A model generated the notes under the pieces. That model was not told the DNA's origin and searched no databases. It worked only from the letters and a program-made list of their open reading frames with translations. Of a DNA stretch of 64,000 nt, positions 61,261 through 64,000 are shown piece after piece; within the stretch, counting starts at the first letter, position 1; every line of letters starts with the position of its first letter. This DNA comes from Dimorphilus gyrociliatus (lineage: Eukaryota; Animalia; Annelida), in NCBI GenBank assembly GCA_904063045.1, contig CAJFCJ010000049.1, forward strand, positions 103,313 to 167,312, in the 5' to 3' direction. The position numbers were made by a program, and so were the translations under genes.

Positions 61261-62226
61261 TCATGTTACTCTATTTTCCAAAATACAAAAATTCATATAA
61301 GACAAGTTTTTACATTTCAATCTGGTAAGTATACTGGTATAGAGCTTCATAGTCTGAGATCTTACTGAAGACTTTGTATAGCCATGAATGAGTGGATTTA
61401 TTGTTGAATTTGAAAGAATTATTGCTGCAAATGAGTCAAGAAGTATGTCAAAGCCTGATTGGGAGGAAGAATAATTATCTTTCAAATTTCTATAAGTCAC
61501 AATAGTGACAAAAGATGGTATTAGCCATAGTAAACAGTTAAATATTACTAAAGAGGTTAGTGCTCTAATGCTTCTTCCTTCAGATCTTAAACTAACAACA
61601 TTTGATACATCCGAAATTGCTTTTCTTTGTTTTCTTATTGCTTTAAGTATAGGAATATATAAGATTAAATTGGCTAATGCATTTGGTAAAACAGTACAAA
61701 ATAGCCAAACATACATATATGCAAATGGAAATATATTGGTAACTTCACATAGAAGAGTAGTATTTTCTTTTAAAGACATATCATATTTATTCCATCCCAT
61801 AATTGGAAATGAACTTATTATAAAACTAATTAACCATATGCAAAAAAACAGGATAAATGCTCTCCTCATTGTCCATATTTTGTTAAAACTCAAGGGTTTT
61901 ACAACTGCCATAAATTTTTCAAATGTAATTAGTGTCAATGTAAAAGATGATACTGAAATTATCATGAATATTGATTGGTTTAAAATTATACAAGGATAAA
62001 AATCTATATGCTTTCTATCATTAAGAAAGAAACAGAAAAGGTTTATTGAATATAAAACATCCGTAAATGTTAGAGCTGTCACGCCAAAATTTTGTAATTT
62101 CCATATACTATTATTCAAATAACCAATTAAGATTAAATTGCAATTTAAGCAAAATCCAACAACTTGATTACAGCATGAAATAAATAATACAAACTTTCTA
62201 ATATGGTCCATGTTATGCATAAACAT
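61261..62226 (-). CDS. Intronless rhodopsin-class orphan GPCR, 321 aa
   Basis: Seven hydrophobic segments. LTFTD (TM2), EKFMAV (DRY position), PIMGWN..C (ECL2), CLLWLIP (TM6) and NSTINPLIHG (NPxxY position). Confidence 0.9.
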   Translation of the reverse strand: MFMHNMDHIRKFVLFISCCNQVVGFCLNCNLILIGYLNNSIWKLQNFGVTALTFTDVLYSINLFCFFLNDRKHIDFYPCIILNQSIFMIISVSSFTLTLITFEKFMAVVKPLSFNKIWTMRRAFILFFCIWLISFIISSFPIMGWNKYDMSLKENTTLLCEVTNIFPFAYMYVWLFCTVLPNALANLILYIPILKAIRKQRKAISDVSNVVSLRSEGRSIRALTSLVIFNCLLWLIPSFVTIVTYRNLKDNYSSSQSGFDILLDSFAAIILSNSTINPLIHGYTKSSVRSQTMKLYTSILTRLKCKNLSYMNFCILENRVT

Positions 62227-62697
62227 CGTTCTAGGGAAGGAAGATAACTGTGTATATATATATATATATATATATACTTTGATGAGTCATATCATCATTT
62301 ATCATTGAAAGTAACATATTTATAGATTAGTTATGTGTTATTTACGAAGATATTTCTAAGACACATCAAGAGGGAAAGAGAAAATTTCTCATTAATGAAG
62401 CGACACACATCTCTTTTAGATTATATTTATGTACTTTTCTCATCTATTATAATTTTTTGAGTAGAGCTAAAGCAGAAGATAGAGTTGTATATCGTTTGTA
62501 ACATTTTCACAGATTTACATCTACGTTATTTATATAAAAGTATTGCACAACATAATGCAAAACATATCTTCTTTTTATTTTTAATAATGTCTGGTCAAGA
62601 TAAAACTTATCAGTAAGCTATAGTATAAACATTGTCGTCTGCTATAGTTAATCATCTTGCAGAATTCTCTCTGTAGAAAGGACACAAAACGGATAAT

Positions 62698-63860
62698 ATG
62701 TTTGTTCATATACTAATAATAAGCAACTTAGGACTTTTAGCTTCTGCTGCTAATTTGCTACTTTTAACGCCTCCATTAACAAAACATTAATCTAAGAGTC
62801 ATGCTGATAATCTAATTGCTCTTGGAAAAGGTTTAATTGACTCTGGACACAATGAGAGCATTGTACGACAAGGAACTGTTAGATTGGATCAACTTGGCAA
62901 CATTTCAATGTTGGATGTACATTCACCAGTTTCTGAAGAAACTCTAGAACTTCTTGCAGAAGCTGTAAAGCAAACTTCCATTGATTTACTACATCAGAAT
63001 ATATCTCAAATAAATATGGATAAACATTTCACTATCTTTTGGAATGTCTTTACTCAGGAATGTAGAGCAATGTTGATTGATTCATCATTTGAAAAAAAAC
63101 TAGATGAGTTTGATTTATTAGTCATTGACCACTTTTTCTTTTGTGGTTTCCTGTTGGCTGAAAAATATAGAAAACCATTTGTCATGTATGAATGTTCTTC
63201 ATATTTAACATATATAGAAGCAGCCGTACCATCACCAATGTCATAGGTTCCAGCTTTTATGAGTTCTCTAACTGATAAGATGACAATAATTGATAGAGGA
63301 AAGAGTATTTTATCTAATGTATTTATACTTTTGAGTAGATTCCTCAAAAATACCTTTTGTCTAAGCAAAATTGTATTCTATTCATATCACATGGAGGTTT
63401 AAATTCCATTTATGAAACAATGTACTCTGGAACTCCAGTTTTAGTCATCCCAATCCCATCAGACAGTAGAGACAATTCAATTAGATTAAAAAGACATGGA
63501 ATGTTGGAAATTCTACCTTTTCATACAAAAGATGTATCATTTCTTGAAGAATATATTGAAAAGATGGTTAAAGACAACACATATATGAAAATGGCAAAAA
63601 GAGTTTCAGCTCTTTTAAATTCACAAAAACCTAAACCTTTAGAAAAGGCTGTATATTGGATTGAGCATGTATTAAAGTTTGGTAGTAACCATTTAAGACA
63701 CTCTGCAATGGATATGCCAGCATACAAACTATACAATTTGGATTTATTAGCAATTACAATCATTCTAAGTTTTTTATTTATTTGGTTAATGAAAAAACTA
63801 TTTGTCTTCTCTTTTGTAAAGTGTTCTTCAATTTTTTTGAAACATTCTAAAAAAGAATAA
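62698..63860 (+). pseudogene. UDP-glucuronosyltransferase-family pseudogene with internal deletion
   Basis: Signal peptide, KSH..LGKGLIDSGH, FDLLVID, PSPMS*VP and LFISHGGLNSIYETMYSGTPV..RDN signature. C-terminal TM and KK tail. Two stops, plus a frameshift at ~63357 where the mid-protein is missing. Confidence 0.9.
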
Positions 63861-64000
63861 AAATAATGTTTTCCTAGGTCATTTTAATGCTCTACAAATT
63901 TTTCCAATTTAGAATTTTAGCACCAGTTATCAAGTGAAAAATATTTATTTAAGGAATAAATCTTTTTTATCTACAAAAACTAGAGTATTTTTGAATTTTT

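Overview
AT-rich animal (metazoan) genomic DNA with short GT-AG introns (mostly about 50-70 nt). The gene content suggests a lophotrochozoan with a compact genome, such as a small annelid; this is inference only. I found no rRNA, tRNA or CRISPR array. The window is a repeat-rich accessory region dominated by secreted glycan-binding and immune-type gene families, many of them decaying. Genes that splice in frame by hand: (1) a 4-exon GNAT acetyltransferase (1866-2828, -); (2) a ~610-aa secreted protein with two discoidin/galactose-binding-like domains plus a FAMeT-like domain (11085-13258, +); (3) a secreted lectin with 2 SUEL and 8 PAN domains, one domain per exon (31691-36266, -); (4) an intronless RING/B-box/RI-type LRR protein (52198-53655, -); (5) an intronless class A GPCR (61261-62226, -). 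Disrupted or partial genes: a paralog of the discoidin-like gene, three PAN genes, two F-type-lectin-like genes, RING-LRR remnants, a Roco COR gene, a DEG/ENaC channel with a very large extracellular insert, two LDLa/LRR-type GPCR pieces and a UGT. Mobile DNA: a full-length Tc1 with long TIRs whose first catalytic Asp is Asn, further Tc1/mariner remnants, an intron-containing MULE, a MITE with a 9-bp TSD, BEL/Pao and LINE debris, an LTR-like repeat, and a three-copy non-coding module with tandem CTCF-like motifs. All domain calls come from motif recognition by eye, with no database search. Some frameshifts could be assembly indels, but nonsense substitutions and TE insertions indicate real decay.
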